Source: Eledone cirrhosa (taxonomy: Eukaryota). Taken from it: a stretch of DNA of 64,000 bases. The position numbers and the translations under genes were made by a program. The stretch covers positions 201,562,001 to 201,626,000 of the forward strand of contig OZ024740.1 in the NCBI GenBank assembly GCA_964016885.1, read 5' to 3'. The notes under the pieces were generated by a model, which saw only the letters and a list, made by a program, of their open reading frames with translations, searched no databases and had not been told where the DNA came from. Positions 35,326-48,830 of the stretch are shown here, piece by piece; position 1 is the first letter of the stretch, and each line of letters begins with the position of its first letter.

Positions 35326-38243
35326 TTGAGTAAAATATTTTACAGCTGTGAGGAGGCTTCTGATGACAAATCCACTCAAACTGCAGACTGGTTTCCTCTT
35401 CCTAATGCCATGTCTAACACTATTTTTATATTCAGTAATGTTTCACAGGAAAGACTAAATCTTTAAAGCGCTGGTGAATGTTATGAATTGCTATATCCTG
35501 TCTGGGATATCTTATTTGAAGACAATAAATACAACATACACTTTTTGCTTTGTCATACTGAACTAGAACATTTTAACAATTGAGTTCTGGCTCCTGTTTC
35601 TCCCAACAACAAATGATTCAGTTAACCCTTTTGTTACCATATTTCTAATGAAATACAGAGCTCATATTTTAATTTGTTTTGAAGAGAATTTGAATGAATT
35701 TAATAACATGGTTAATTTTTTTCATTACTGATGTTTAGAATATAACAAAAAAACATTTTACATAAAATGACAGTAGGTTTTAATTTGGATACAAACACTT
35801 TAAAGTGAGTAGTTTTGTATCCTGAAACCAGATTAGGTTTTAGGTGGATTGGTATCAAACGAGTTATATTTAGATACACAACAATAACATGAATCAGAAG
35901 GTTGTAACAACTAAACATTAACAAATACCTGAAAATGGAAGGCCTATCAAAGTATTTACGGAAAAGTTTGCTGTGATATGTCAAGCTGTTTATAGTTTAT
36001 AACAGCCAGTCACATACCATCAATGAGTGATATCATCATCAGTGTTTTATGTTTGTTTGCTATACTGGCATGGGTTGAAAGGGTCAATATGGTCTGACAC
36101 TTGACGAGTCAGAATACCAAGTCTTCCACGTTTCATATTTTGACATGGTTTCTACCACTGGATGCCCTTCCCCATATCAACCAATTTGCAAAGAGCAATG
36201 GATGTATTTTAATGTAGCCCCATCATTACCACATTACAGTGTGCACATTATTGTGTGGACTGCAGTGGGTTTATTTTATTGTGGCAGGCGCCAGCAATAC
36301 CACTTTACAGAGAGTACCGGGTACATTTTATCATAGCACCAGCAGTAGTAGTTTACGAAGTGTATTAGGTGCATTTTATCATGACACCAGTAATGCCACT
36401 GGTAAAAGTGCTGGATGTACATAGAGTAAGTCAATTTGGATCAAGTAATTTGACTATTTCAACTAGACCCAGAAAAAAGTGAACTCTTGCTAATAAAACA
36501 CACGCATTTTTGTTGATATCCTAAGAATACAAACAGAGAAAAAAAAATGAGGATTTTACAGAGAAACTAAAGAGCAATAAATCTTTGGCAAACAACTTGA
36601 ATGAAAATAATTATTATGAATGTTGTAAACTGTTGGAATATGACCAACCAAATACTAAAGTGTTAGTTATATAGTACAATATCTCCAACACTGGCAAACA
36701 TGGGAGACTTTACCCAGAGTAAAATATTTGTAAATGGCGCTCAGATGCTTCTCACCAATGTAAACAACACCATAGCTTCGCTGTCAGATATGGCTACTTT
36801 AAGATATTTCTACAACCTTAGGTTTTATAATAATCATTACCATTTAACATGTATTTTGTTTGTATGGGTTAGACTGGTAGTCACATTCTGTTGCTAGACA
36901 GATCAAGTGACTATGTCTTACTCATGTATTCCATTTTTGGATTGATTATTATGGCTAGATGCTCTTCCTAATGCCAACCACTTTTCAGTGTATTGTATAC
37001 TGGGAGCATTTATTGTGGCACCAACACCACAACCTGACAGGGTGCTTTTTGTCTTGGCATCAGCACTACCACCTCACATGGTGAACTTGATGCTTTTCAT
37101 TATGATACCACCTTACAGAGTGGACTGTATTTAATCATATCACCAGCAGTATCTCATTACACAATAAGGTTGTTCATTATGTCACCAGCCCGATGGGGAG
37201 CAGTGATGAGGAAAACATGTAAGATCAGAGGGGGAGCTACATGTTACTTGGCAAGGGAGGATCATCCCACAGTGTGAGAGCAAACATTGTCTCACAGGGG
37301 TGGCCTTGAAGAGAGTAAGTTGCAGTGGGCAGTATATTGTGGGATATGCCCAGCTTTCTATGTAGGCGTGAGATGGACAGGGAAAGTGAATGAGTGGTAG
37401 GAGGAACATATCAACATCATTATCCTCATCCTTATTGTTAACAGCTATTATCTATGATTGCATGGCTTAGATGGGTTACCACGTTCTAGGACTAGACCAG
37501 CTAGGTGACCACATCTAGCTTATCATTCCCTTTTGATATGGTTTCTACAGCTAGATGCTGTTCCTAACACCAACAGAACATTCTATCATGGCACTGGCAC
37601 TACCACTTTACAGGGTTGAGTGACTTTTTGTTTAATACTAGAAAGCTGTTAGCACACCACAGAACTTAAATGTAACAACCTCTCAGGTATTAGTGATACA
37701 ATAAAATGCACCCAGTAGACTTTATAGAGTGCCAGGGCCATGATAAATCACACCCAGTACACCCAGTAAGATAGTTATCCTTATGAAGGGCATACAGCCA
37801 TAGAAACCCTTCCAAATATGGAACATGTGCAAGATGGGGGTAATCCAATCCCTCTGATCATAACCCATCCAACCCATACCAGCATGGAAAGTGGATGTAA
37901 AAATGATGATGATAATTTCGTTTGATTTTGAGAAGTTGAAAATGATTTCTGAAAAAACATTACACATTAAGATATTGTTGGTGTATTTGCTTGTGCTTAA
38001 CTAGGAGTGGTTCAAATACATTGTCCCATGTCCTGAAGACATCATGGATCTTTGATGAAGTAATGTTTTATGGCTGGGTACTCTTAGTTGCCTCTTACAA
38101 CACACAAAGATACAGTGTACCTATTGTGTATAAATATATATACATATCTAATATGTAAGCATCTAAACATGCCAGAAAATACAAATTTCCCGGTAAATTG
38201 AAAAAATTATAAACATCAAATACGTTTCCTTGTAATTGATTGA

Positions 38244-38308
38244 ATGATATACACGTCTTCTGATGAAGGTCCAATAAGATCCGAAAATTGATTAAAGATA
38301 TTTATCAT
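38244..38308 (+). ncRNA. Candidate minimal type I hammerhead ribozyme (slightly decayed)
   Basis: GTCTT-CTGATGA-A GGTC CAATAA GATC C-GAAA-A TTGA T-TA-AAGAT, with outer helix ATGATA/TATCAT. Stem III AATTGATT is one change from the palindrome AATCGATT. Confidence 0.6.
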
Positions 38309-38488
38309 CCCAGTAGAAGGAAGACGCAGTAGAGGTAGACCACGAAAAACATGGGCGGAGGTGGTGAGAGCAGACCTCAGATCGCTGAAACTCACCGAGG
38401 AGATGACAAAAGACCGTGACAAGTGGAGAGATGCTGAATAGGACCCGTCCAACCCTTGCAAGCAGGGAAAAGCGGACGTATGATGATC
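38309..38488 (+). mobile_element. Short RTE 3' fragment with tail
   Basis: Encodes PVEGRRSRGRPRKTWAEVVRADL..LKLT.EMT.DRDKWR, followed by a CCCTTGCAAGCAGGGAAAAGCGGACG..TGATGA tail. Confidence 0.75.
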
Positions 38489-39161
38489 GCTTTTTATTTC
38501 AATTTACAGGGAAAATCCTATTTTTTGGCATGTTTCCATGCCTCATATTAGATATGTGCATATATTTATACATGATGGTGCAGTCTTGGTAACACATTTG
38601 TATTTATGCAGATATAACTTTACCACCATCATCATCATCATCATCACGTTTAACGTCTACTTTTCCACGCTGTCATGGGTTAGACGAGTTATCCTGTTGT
38701 GAGCAATGTCATGGTCAGGTGACCATGTTATGCTCATAAAGAGCAGATTTTGGCCTCATTTACAGTGAGTACGGGGGTGATTTTTGTCATGACACCTACA
38801 CAACCACTTTACAGCATGGCTGGGCACTTTTGCCCTACATGATTACTTTAGATTGTGGACTGGGTGCTTTTTCCATGACACCTACACGACCCACTTTGCA
38901 GTATGGCCTGGGCACTTTTTGTCATGTCGCTGACACCACCACTTTACAGTGTGGGCTGGAGGATTCACTGGATGTAACTTCAGCTTGTCCTCATGGGAGA
39001 TGTGGGTGGAGTGGTGATTCTATATATATGCTTCAGGTATGGCCAATGCTTGTGGGAATTTGGGTCTTCTATATTACTGCATAAGACCAGGGATCTTGGT
39101 CCTGCATCATCGCCTTTGGGAGATGCAATTGGGCGAGATCAGCTTTTATCACCTCGTCCCA

Positions 39162-39204
<43 letters not shown>

Positions 39205-39374
39205 CATTATCCCCAAGCTGTGGAAAACATAGCTATGCATTTATGATATGAAGGTGTAAACAATAAAATCAGACGTATTTCCATCAAATTGACATGAAAG
39301 ATTTAATTAGGTGTGGAGTGGAAGAGAGATACTGTGTAAACAAGGTACTGAAAGTATAAAGTAAATGAACTTAC

Positions 39375-39493
39375 ATCAACAGGGCGTGGAGCAGTGATAA
39401 GGTTACTTGAACAACTGGAATTCTCTTTAGACTCCATAGCTTTTAACTGTCCTTGAGATTTCCCGAGTAATGTGAGTGCAACATAGGAACCAG
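39375..39493 (-). CDS. RhoGEF2: Internal coding exon of PDZ-RhoGEF (RhoGEF2/ARHGEF11-12 family), end of PDZ domain: (S/A)GSYVALTLLGKSQGQLKAMESKENSSCSSNLITAPRPVD
   Basis: Acceptor TTTATTTCTTGTTACAG and donor GTAAGT, 119 nt, phase 1/0, no stops. GSYVALTLLG matches my recollection of the last PDZ strand of LARG/PDZ-RhoGEF (SGSYVALT / SGAYVALTLLG). Confidence 0.85.
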
Positions 39494-39534
39494 CTGTAAC
39501 AAGAAATAAATGTATGAAAATAAATAAACATATA

Positions 39535-39695
39535 GATAGTTAAATACTGTTAACATTGATGGTGAAATACTGTTAATATTGATAGTTAAATACTGTTAAC
39601 ATTGATAGTTAAATACTGTTAACATTGATAGTTAAATACTGTTAACATTGATAGTTAAATACTGTTAACATTGATAGTTAAATACTGTTAATATT
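39535..39695. repeat. 22-23-bp tandem repeat, ~7 copies, just upstream of the exon acceptor
   Basis: GATAGTTAAATACTGTTAACATT repeated. Confidence 0.9.
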
Positions 39696-40283
39696 AGCAC
39701 ATGCACTGAACATTTTTTTTTTTATGAATTACCATAATATATGTATCATCATCACCATTTAATGTCCATTTTCCCACGCTAGCATGGGTTAGACAAGTTG
39801 TTCTGTTGTAAGCAATGCCAGGTCGGGTGACCTTGTCATACTCATATATCACGTTCCTACAGTTCACTCAGCTGTAAAAATGAATTGCGACGTCATTCAT
39901 ACAGCCATTGTCTTTCCCTTGGACAACATCGGTGGTGTGGAGAGGAGAGACTTGGGTATGCATGGGCCACTGTTAATCTTCCACTAATAATCTTGCCCAA
40001 ATTTGTGCCTAGGAGGGAAACTTTCTAGGTGCAAATCCCGTGGTCATTCGTGACCGAAGGGGGTCTTTACTCTTTTTACATATATATATATATATATATA
40101 AACGTAATCTCAGTTTTTCAAATATTAATAACAATATTCGATTCGTTTACAATTATGCAAACAAGCCTCATTTTTAAAGCCATATCAGTAGAATGAGCCC
40201 CTCATATACACACAATTATATACCATGTATGTATGTGTGTATGTGTGTGTGTGAAACGCAGCAAGGTGCAGATAATTCGGTTA

Positions 40284-40326
<43 letters not shown>

Positions 40327-40327
<1 letters not shown>

Positions 40328-40844
40328 TAACTGAATTATCTGCACCTTGCTGCGTTTCACACATTTTTTTTTGTAAGAAAATGATGATTGATTTTAAATC
40401 AGTGATATAATTTATGGAGAAAAACTCTGCATTTCAATATTACTCAATGTAAAATATAATGCATGAAAAATTGGAAAACATTTTTTTTTGTAATATATCA
40501 AATCAAAATTACATTATTAAATCTTATTCTTATTTTGTTTTTTGTAAATAATTTTTTTTAAAATATCAATTCAAAACTTTTGTGAATAGGCATCATATCT
40601 TGTCATTTATCTATGGTTTAAATTTCATATAAATCGAAGGGAAAAAAATTATTCAGCGGGGATTTTGTGGCCCCGGAGAACCCTTTGATTAAAATGAAAT
40701 ATACGTAAGAAATAAAATGGGCATGAGCCCCACACACGTGTCAAGTTTCATCAGCATCGGTTTTATAGTTTTTGAGTTTTAGGTTCACAAACAAACAAAC
40801 AAACAAACAAACAGACAGAAATTGCCATTTATGTATATAGAAGA
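40327..40844 (-). mobile_element. Non-autonomous Helitron-like element
   Basis: Minus strand begins TCTTCTATATACATAAA followed by a (TTTG)n/(TCTG) microsatellite. It ends ...GCAGCAAGGTGCAGATAATTCAGTTAG followed by T. Confidence 0.6.
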
Positions 40845-40848
40845 TATA

Positions 40849-41292
40849 TCTATATATCTAAAACAGAGAATGTCTGTGTCTGTCTGTCTGTATGACTCCC
40901 TAAAACTCGAGAACCACCCAACCGATTGTTTTCAAACTTTACACATGTAATATTTATGGTCCTGTAAGTGTTTTGAGCAAAAAATATTTCAAATTTTCAA
41001 TGCCCTAGGGACCGCATTAGGCGATTTAGCGATCTCTCTCTATAATTCTTAGTCTTTCTTTTTAGATAGATACATAGATATAACGTTGCACCCTTATAAT
41101 ATCTGTCTGTATGTCTGGCTGTCTGCATTACGACATTATGATGCTGTGTGTGTGTGTGTGGGGGGGGGTGTATAGTATGTAACGTTTTTCAAAATATTTA
41201 CTTCTGCGTTCACAGATTGATTATTTTAGTTTCGGAAGATCCCGTTAAGGGTGAAAGCAGCGATTCTTTGCTTAAACTTAAATCTGTTATTG

Positions 41293-41333
<41 letters not shown>

Positions 41334-41479
41334 TATATTCGTGTACAGATATTTTTGTATACACAATAACAAAATATAAATAAACGTATTTATTTCACGA
41401 GGCTCGATAAGGATAAATATATATCAAATATATAAGAACCCTAGAGCAAATCCCGAGCAATGCCGGGCCATCCTGCTAG
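40849..41479 (+). mobile_element. Non-autonomous Helitron
   Basis: 5' TCTATATATCTAAAA followed by (TCTG)n, 3' hairpin CCCGAGCAATGCCGGG (41452-41467) then CTAG. It sits between A and T without a TSD. Confidence 0.8.
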
Positions 41480-41540
41480 TAGATATATATATAAAACCAG
41501 CTGTGGATGACCAGCACGATACACAATACACACAAGTGTA

Positions 41541-41591
<51 letters not shown>

Positions 41592-41871
41592 CACAACCAG
41601 CTGTGGAAGACCATACATTGAAATGATGATGATGGTGGTGGATGTGATATTGATGGTGTTGGTGATGATAATAGTGGGAGTAGTGGTAATGATTGTGATG
41701 ATGATGGATGTGATATTGATGAAGATGGTGGTGATGATAATGATGATTGTGATGTCAACAAAAATAACAGCTGATGACATCATTTATGACAAATCTGACA
41801 GTCAGTGATGTGTGAAATAGTTAAATACTGAGATCAGTACAGATAGAACCAATATAGAGGGGGGGGGGGGG

Positions 41872-41973
41872 CAGAGAGCATGAGTGTGTGTGAGAGAGTG
41901 AGAGAGAGAGCATGAGTGTGTGTGAGAGAGAGAGAGCATGTGTGTGTTTATGAGAGAGAGAGAGCATGTGTGT

Positions 41974-42008
<35 letters not shown>

Positions 42009-42333
42009 CATGTGTGTGTTTATGAGAGAGAGAGCATGTGTGTGTTTATGAGAGAGAGAGCATGTGTGTGTTTATGAGAGAGAGAGAGAGAGAGAGAGCA
42101 TGTGTGTGTTTATGAAAGAGAAAGAGAGCATGAGTGTGTTTATGAGAGAGAGAGAGAGCATGTGTGTGTTTATGAGAGAGAAAGAGAGAGCATGAGTGTG
42201 TTTAAGAGAGAGAGAGAGCATGAGTGTGTGTATGAGAGAGAGAGTGTGTATGAGAGAGAGAGAGAGAGAGCATGAGTGTGTTTATGAGAGAGAGAGAGCA
42301 TGGGTGTGTATGAGAGAGATAGAGAGAGAGAGC

Positions 42334-42380
<47 letters not shown>
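41872..42380. repeat. Compound (GA)n/CATGTGTGTGTTTAT minisatellite
   Basis: Directly visible. Confidence 0.9.
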
Positions 42381-42382
<2 letters not shown>

Positions 42383-42552
42383 AGAGGTTGGACATTTCCT
42401 GACCTGATACACCAAACAGAATGTGTCTGTTATGAAATCTCAGGTGGTATATATTTCTGGCAGTTATGTTGTTCTAAACAACAACTACAACAGCAACAAC
42501 AACAACAATAATTATTTCTTTTAAATTTTATTTATTTATTTTATTTTTTAAA

Positions 42553-42815
42553 TAATAATTGTTTCTACGTTAGGCACAAGGCCAGCAATTACCCAGTGTA
42601 TTACTGGTACTTTATTTTATCGAATAACTGTTTCTACGTTAGGCACAAGGCTAGCAATTACCCAGTGTATTACTGGTACTTTATTTTATCGACCCCCGTA
42701 AGGATGAAAGGCAAAGTCAACCTCGGCGGGATTTGAACTCAGATCGTAAAGGGACGTAACTATGCTGGAAAGCATGGCGTCCGACCCTCTACCGATACTG
42801 CTAATCCACCGCCCT
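42553..42815 (-). mobile_element. Family-B SINE with duplicated 3' part
   Basis: Reverse complement of the family-B sequence. The 3' ~70 bp occurs twice in tandem. Confidence 0.8.
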
Positions 42816-42978
42816 TTATCGAATAATGATAATGATTTCGGAATCATAGAAGGAAGTATTTATTACCTTGTTGCCTGTGCACCCCTTCCCTACTAGACTC
42901 ACATGTCATTGAAGAATGTTATGTTGGGTGTGTACCATAATTGTAAACAATAGTCAGACCTTGGTTGAACCCCTGAAG

Positions 42979-43027
<49 letters not shown>

Positions 43028-43865
43028 GCATACACGTACACATTCACACATACATAGCCACACACAGTATGCAGGAGAAATTAACAGTAAGAAAAAAGTA
43101 CACCACCAACACCCCTATTTTTTGCTGTGTAGTCAGGGGTGGAAGGACAATGGCCATCACCCCTTTCAAAGCTGAAACTTGTATGGGGAGCCACAAAAAA
43201 ACTGGTCTGAAATCCTGTAAAGGTGTGGACTGTTAACCCTTTAGCATTCACATTACTCTATATATACTATTATATTTTCATGGAAAAGGCTTTACCTCGC
43301 ATAATTATCTCACATAATATCGAATCTATGAGGTTTTGAAAGTATTTATTTTCAGAACAATACCTTAACATAGTTTGAGCGACCAGTTACAGCCAGTTTC
43401 AACAGAAGGAGGTTTGAACATTAAAGGGTTAAATACTATGTGAACAGTATACCACCAATATTAGTTACACTTGAACTGTGGCAAGGGGAGGATTAACAAC
43501 TGAATAAAGCCTAAGCATTGTTGCCTAACTCTATAGAGGAAACCTAGCCTTTCAGCTGTAATGTTGTCAATGTTATGCATCTGTGGGCACTATGAAAAGA
43601 CCATCAGAAACTGTCAGGCCTCATAACAATTGTAGTAAGTCATGACACTTACAGTTCTATGTTATTTCTAAGTATCGAAGGTGCAGCATTGCACGATTGT
43701 TTCCATGATTAGTAGAGTGGAGTGGATTGGAGTCATTCTGTCTTTTGTGTAGTTGACATGGACTAAAATATTGTGTTCCTATTGGAGGCTATTCTGAAGG
43801 TTTATAGAAGTATCATATGTCCAGTATATCATGTCTTTGGTTGTATAGTATCATGCCTGTTATCT

Positions 43866-44092
43866 TATGGAGTGGCAGTATCGGTAGAGTCGGACACCAT
43901 GTTTTGCAGCATAGAGTTACGGTCCTTTATGGTCTGAGTTCAAATCCCGCCGATGTTAACTTTGCCTTTCATCCCATCCTTATGGGGTCAATAAAATAAA
44001 GCACCAGTAACATACTGGAGTCGATTTAATCGACCCCCCCCCCCCAAAAAAAAAGATTACTGGCCTTGTGCCTATACTAAAAATCATTATCA
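43866..44092 (+). mobile_element. Family-B SINE variant
   Basis: TGGCAGTATCGGTAGAG head, GAGTTCAAATCCC box B and the shared centre and tail. Confidence 0.75.
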
Positions 44093-46649
44093 TTAGTTTT
44101 ATGTCAGCTTTTCCATATTGGCATGGGCTGAACAAACGTTTTTGAAGCTTGATATCCTCTCTGATACCAATCCTTACTTGTTCCTCTCTCTCTCTCTAAG
44201 GTAATCATTCTTTGCATGTAGAACAATGATCTTCATAACTGCTGAACTATGAGAAATGTCACGTCCTATACAAGTGGTGTTAAAGCAAATACACATGGAC
44301 ACGGAGACACACACACACGATATGCTGCTTCAGTTTCCATCTACCAAATTTCATTCACAAGGCATTGGTTAACCAGAGGTTATAGTAGAAGACACTAGCC
44401 CAAAGTCGACACAGTGGAGCTGAAGCCCAAACCATATGGTTGTGAAGCGAAGTTTATAACCCTATGGCCATGACTAGAAGTTTTTCACAGAACCAACTTT
44501 GGAAAATATTACTATAGAGAGATAGAAAGAATAGACAATAGCTCTAGAATGGATAGTTGCATAATGAAAAAAACACCACGAGAACCAAGTTTCTTAGTTG
44601 GTTTGGAGTAACAATAGACATTTTCACCCATCTTTAAAGACTCAATGTATAAGATGATACAGTAGGTGTGGCTCAGATGGGAAGTTCAGCAAAGGTTTTG
44701 CTGAAAAATAATATCTCCAATGATAGAATGAGGAATGTTTAAAATTACTCACTATGTATATGATATAAGGGCAGATAGTACTTGATGAAATCCCAACACA
44801 AATTAGTAGTCTAGCTGATCTCTCTTTTGTCTACATGAAGATATTGTATATACAGAAAAGTTGTTTACATCTGTCTATAATTACAGTGTTGGCTAAAAAT
44901 CTATAGATATATTCTGTTGTATTGAAACAAAGCATGAAAATATGGATTACAGAGAGATGGTGTTTAAATGTAATGCAACAAGTGATTTAAGACCATTTCA
45001 CTGATGGAACAAGATGGTAGCTTTGCAGGCTCTATGACGGGTTTCATATTCCCCAATGAGGTCTTATTTTGGAAAGGACATCCAGCTGTAGAAATCATGC
45101 CAAACAAAAGGTTGAGAGAACTCTTCAAGTGTGTCATGGACATAATATCCTCCCTGGTACTGGTGCCATGATTGAATGCTGTGAGGAAGGGTATCCAACT
45201 GCAAAGCCTATGCCAAAACTGGTCTATCTAGAAGGACAGTAGCTCTGATTTGATACTGACTTGGTCTGTCACATGTTCAACCTATGTCAGCATGGAAAAA
45301 AATGGATGCTAAATGATGATGGGGATGGTTATGATGGCGATATTGTATCTCCATCATCATTATTTAACGCCCATTTTCCACACTAGCATGGGTTATATGG
45401 GTTGTCCTATTTGAGGCAAGCAAATCAGCTGACAGTGTCTTGCTCATACAGAACTATTTCTGGCTTGGTTTCTACAGCTCGATGCCATTCCTAACACCAA
45501 CCACATTTACAGTGTGGACTGGCAGCTTTTTGTTGTGATATCTACATGACCACTTTACAGTGTGGACAGGATGCTTTTTATCGTGGCATTGTATAACCAC
45601 TTTACTGTGTGGACTGGGTGCTTTTTTTGTCATGAGACCAACACAACCACTTTACTGTGAGGGATGGGTGCTTTTTGTCATGGTACCAGGGCTGGGTGCT
45701 TTTTGTCATGGTACCAACATAATCACTTTACAGTGTGGACTAAGCGCTTTTTGTCATGGCACAAAAAAGACCACTTTACTGTGTTGGCTGGGATGGGGGT
45801 GTAAAGGCATGGATAAACGGTGTTAGGACGTGGGTGGAGGTCAACAAAAGAGCGGTTTACTTTTAGCTAGGTACTTCTGCAGTTACCTCACAAGGAAGGA
45901 AGCATCCATGGTACTTTTACCTGGCACAAATCCAAACTGCATCTCATCTAGCACCAAACCCATAACCCCCATGGATCACTTCGAAGCCACTGCAGTGTTA
46001 CCCAATATGCACATAGAACCTGTCTTTTTGTACATCCAGCAGCCGAGATTGGGATGTGTATACAGATATAATTGACACAGTTGTTCTATTGTATATACAC
46101 AGATATAGTGTTTACATGTCTATTAGATACAATGTTGTCTATAAAGCTGTAGATATATTCTGTAATATGAAAACAAAACAGTTAATGCATCAGTTATTCA
46201 TTTATTGGAAAGCAAAACTGTTTAAATTTTAAACATGCAAAGAGTAACTTATTATTTTCTATTAGTAAAACTTATAGTTGAATTATTAACATCTGCTTAA
46301 ACTCCATCAGTCTGGAAGGCATACAAGAGTCATGGCCACTGCTTTGCTTTGTTTCACTAACATAACAAAAATACTACACACACACACACACACACACAGT
46401 TTTACCACTTCCAAAGTGTGGAATATTCTGTAGTTACTGTATAGCAACACACCACTTAAGCTGGTCTGATTCCAATTCCAGGAGCAGCTGTGGGAAAACA
46501 CAGTTACTATACATTGTTAATAACAATAATACTGTGTGTAGATAAAGAATATTCTGGTTATGGGCAGGGCTGTTGGAATAATAACTATAACTACAAGAAA
46601 GTTTGTTAATTTCAATTAGAACTACTACTAACAATATGCTATTACTACT

Positions 46650-47360
46650 AATAATAATGGTTTCTGATTTAGGTAGGCACAATGGCAACAATTTTGGGGG
46701 AGGGAAAGTTGATTATGTCAACCCCAGTACATTACTGGTGTTTTATTTTATCGACCTCGTAATGATGAAAGGGAAAGCTAACCTTGGCGGGGTTTGAACT
46801 CAGAATGTAAAGGGCCATAACCATATGCCACAAAGTATAATGTCCGACACTCATTATTATTATGGCGGTGGATTGGCAGTATCGGTAGAGAGTCGGACGC
46901 CATACTTTGCAGCATACAGTTACGGCTCTTGCCATTCTGAGTTCAAATCCTGCGGAGGTTGACTTTGCCTTTCATCCTTACTGGTCGATAAAATAAAGTA
47001 CCAGTAATACACTGGGTATTTGCTGGCCTTGTGCCAAAAGTAGAAACAATTATTATTATTAGTAGTAAGTACCAGTAATGTAGTTATAGTTATTATTCCA
47101 ACAGCCCTGGCCTTGTGCCAAAAGTAGAAACACTTATTATTATTAGTTGTAGTATAAGGGCGGTGGATTGGCAGTATCGGTAGAGGGTCGGGTGCCATGC
47201 TTTGACGTATAGAGTTACGGCCCTTGCCATTCTGAGTTCAAATCCCGCCAAGGTTAACTTTGCCTTTCATCCTTACGGGGTCGATAAAATAAAGTACCAG
47301 TAATGCACTGGGTAATCGCTGGCCTTGTGCCAAAAGTAGAAATTATTATTATTATTATTA
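46650..47360. mobile_element. Cluster of family-B SINEs (one minus, two full plus copies, one tail fragment)
   Basis: Copies at ~46650-46850(-), 46862-47060(+) and 47158-47360(+), with (ATT)n tails. Confidence 0.8.
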
Positions 47361-48250
47361 CAGTTGCATTTATCTTGCTCTATGTTCATACGAGTTATCA
47401 CCAAGTCACAACCAGTGACCTCAAGAGACAAGGTCCGCCATGTTCAAGAAAGAACATACATACTCACACACGCATCTTTAGTGTTTAGACTTGTGATGTA
47501 CTTATATTGACAGAATCTTCCTTAGTATATGGGCAGTTCCCATTAGTACTATCTTTTGTATTTCTCCTATATGCGGGTTTCCTGGGATTTGCGATAAGTA
47601 ATCATTAGACCCCTTAGGTATCATTCCCAGAGCGCCTACAACCACTGGTATTGTTTTAGTTCTCAATTTCCACATTTTTCCAATTTCTATCTCCAGGTCC
47701 TTATACTTGCTCAATTTTTCAAATGTTTTTATAGATACATTCTTGTCTATTGGAACAGACATATCAATTAGCAGGCATACCCTCTTTTTAAAGTCCTTCA
47801 ATATTATATCAGGTCTATTTGCATCTATTTTTCGGTCTGTTTGGATGCTAAAGTTCCACAAGATTGAGATGTGATCTTTTTCAAGTATGGGAGGTGGTTG
47901 ATGCTCCCACCAATTCTTTTGATGGGGCAGGTCAAAATGCTTACACATTATCCAATGTATGTATTGTGCAGCTCTGTCATGCCTGTTTAGGTATTCGGTT
48001 GGAGCTATAGGACTGCACATTGAAATTATATGGTCAATGGTCTCTGGTTGTTTTTTCCATACATGGCATAATGGGCTGCATCCATTTTTTATTATGTTGG
48101 CTTGGTAATTTTTTGTTGGCAGACAAAAAATCAGTCCTTCAGTCTCCGATTTCAGTCCAGAGGATGCCAACCACTGATGGGTTAAAGTTTTGTCAACATC
48201 AGGATTGTTAGCTCGTTCTGGGTATTTTCCATACAGAGGCTTTTCTTGCC
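47361..48250 (-). mobile_element. 3' fragment of R4/Dong-like non-LTR retrotransposon (zinc knuckle + restriction-like endonuclease)
   Basis: ORF 47502-48398(-): LKSETEG, ETIDHIISMC, YLNRHD..AQYIHW, IQTDRKIDANRPDI, LIDMSVP, EKLSKYKDL, IPVVVGALG. The 3' UTR runs into (TAA)n. Confidence 0.85.
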
Positions 48251-48756
48251 TAATTAATTGAAATACATGGTATTTCATTAGAAAAACAATCACAAATAGA
48301 TTAAAAAGGAAAATGTTGAAATAGGAGCCGGTGGAATTTCCAATGAAGTTCCTATAGGAAAATATTTTATTCAAATAAATCTTTTTAAAATTTCTCAATA
48401 AAAAAAAAAATGAGAAAAAACTAATTAAAAATCAAAAGATGACAAATAGAAAGTGCAGTAGACATTAGCAAGAGTAATAATCTAATTCTCAGAAGAACGT
48501 GAAAATATTTGAATTGATTGGCAAAAGTTCCTAACTGAGGCTTCCCATGAGGTTGAATAATAGTAGGTTTCTCAAGAGTTTTAATAATAGGGGGTCCACA
48601 TTCTCTCGTGAAAAAAATTGCAATCATATGATTTCAGGTTCACTCCCATTAATTGACACCTTACTATAGCCTCAAGTTGACCAATGCTTTGAGAGTGAAA
48701 TATGGGAGATAGAAACTGCAGAAACTCATCGTGCATGTGTGAGTTTGTATGTGAGA

Positions 48757-48830
<74 letters not shown>

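Noticed and set aside
46404-46487. Exon-like segment ending ...HTLEVVKL, reminiscent of the PDZ motif NHLEVVKL
   Set aside because: Lacks the preceding VNG motif, runs into a (TG)n tract and has an incompatible phase. Likely chance.
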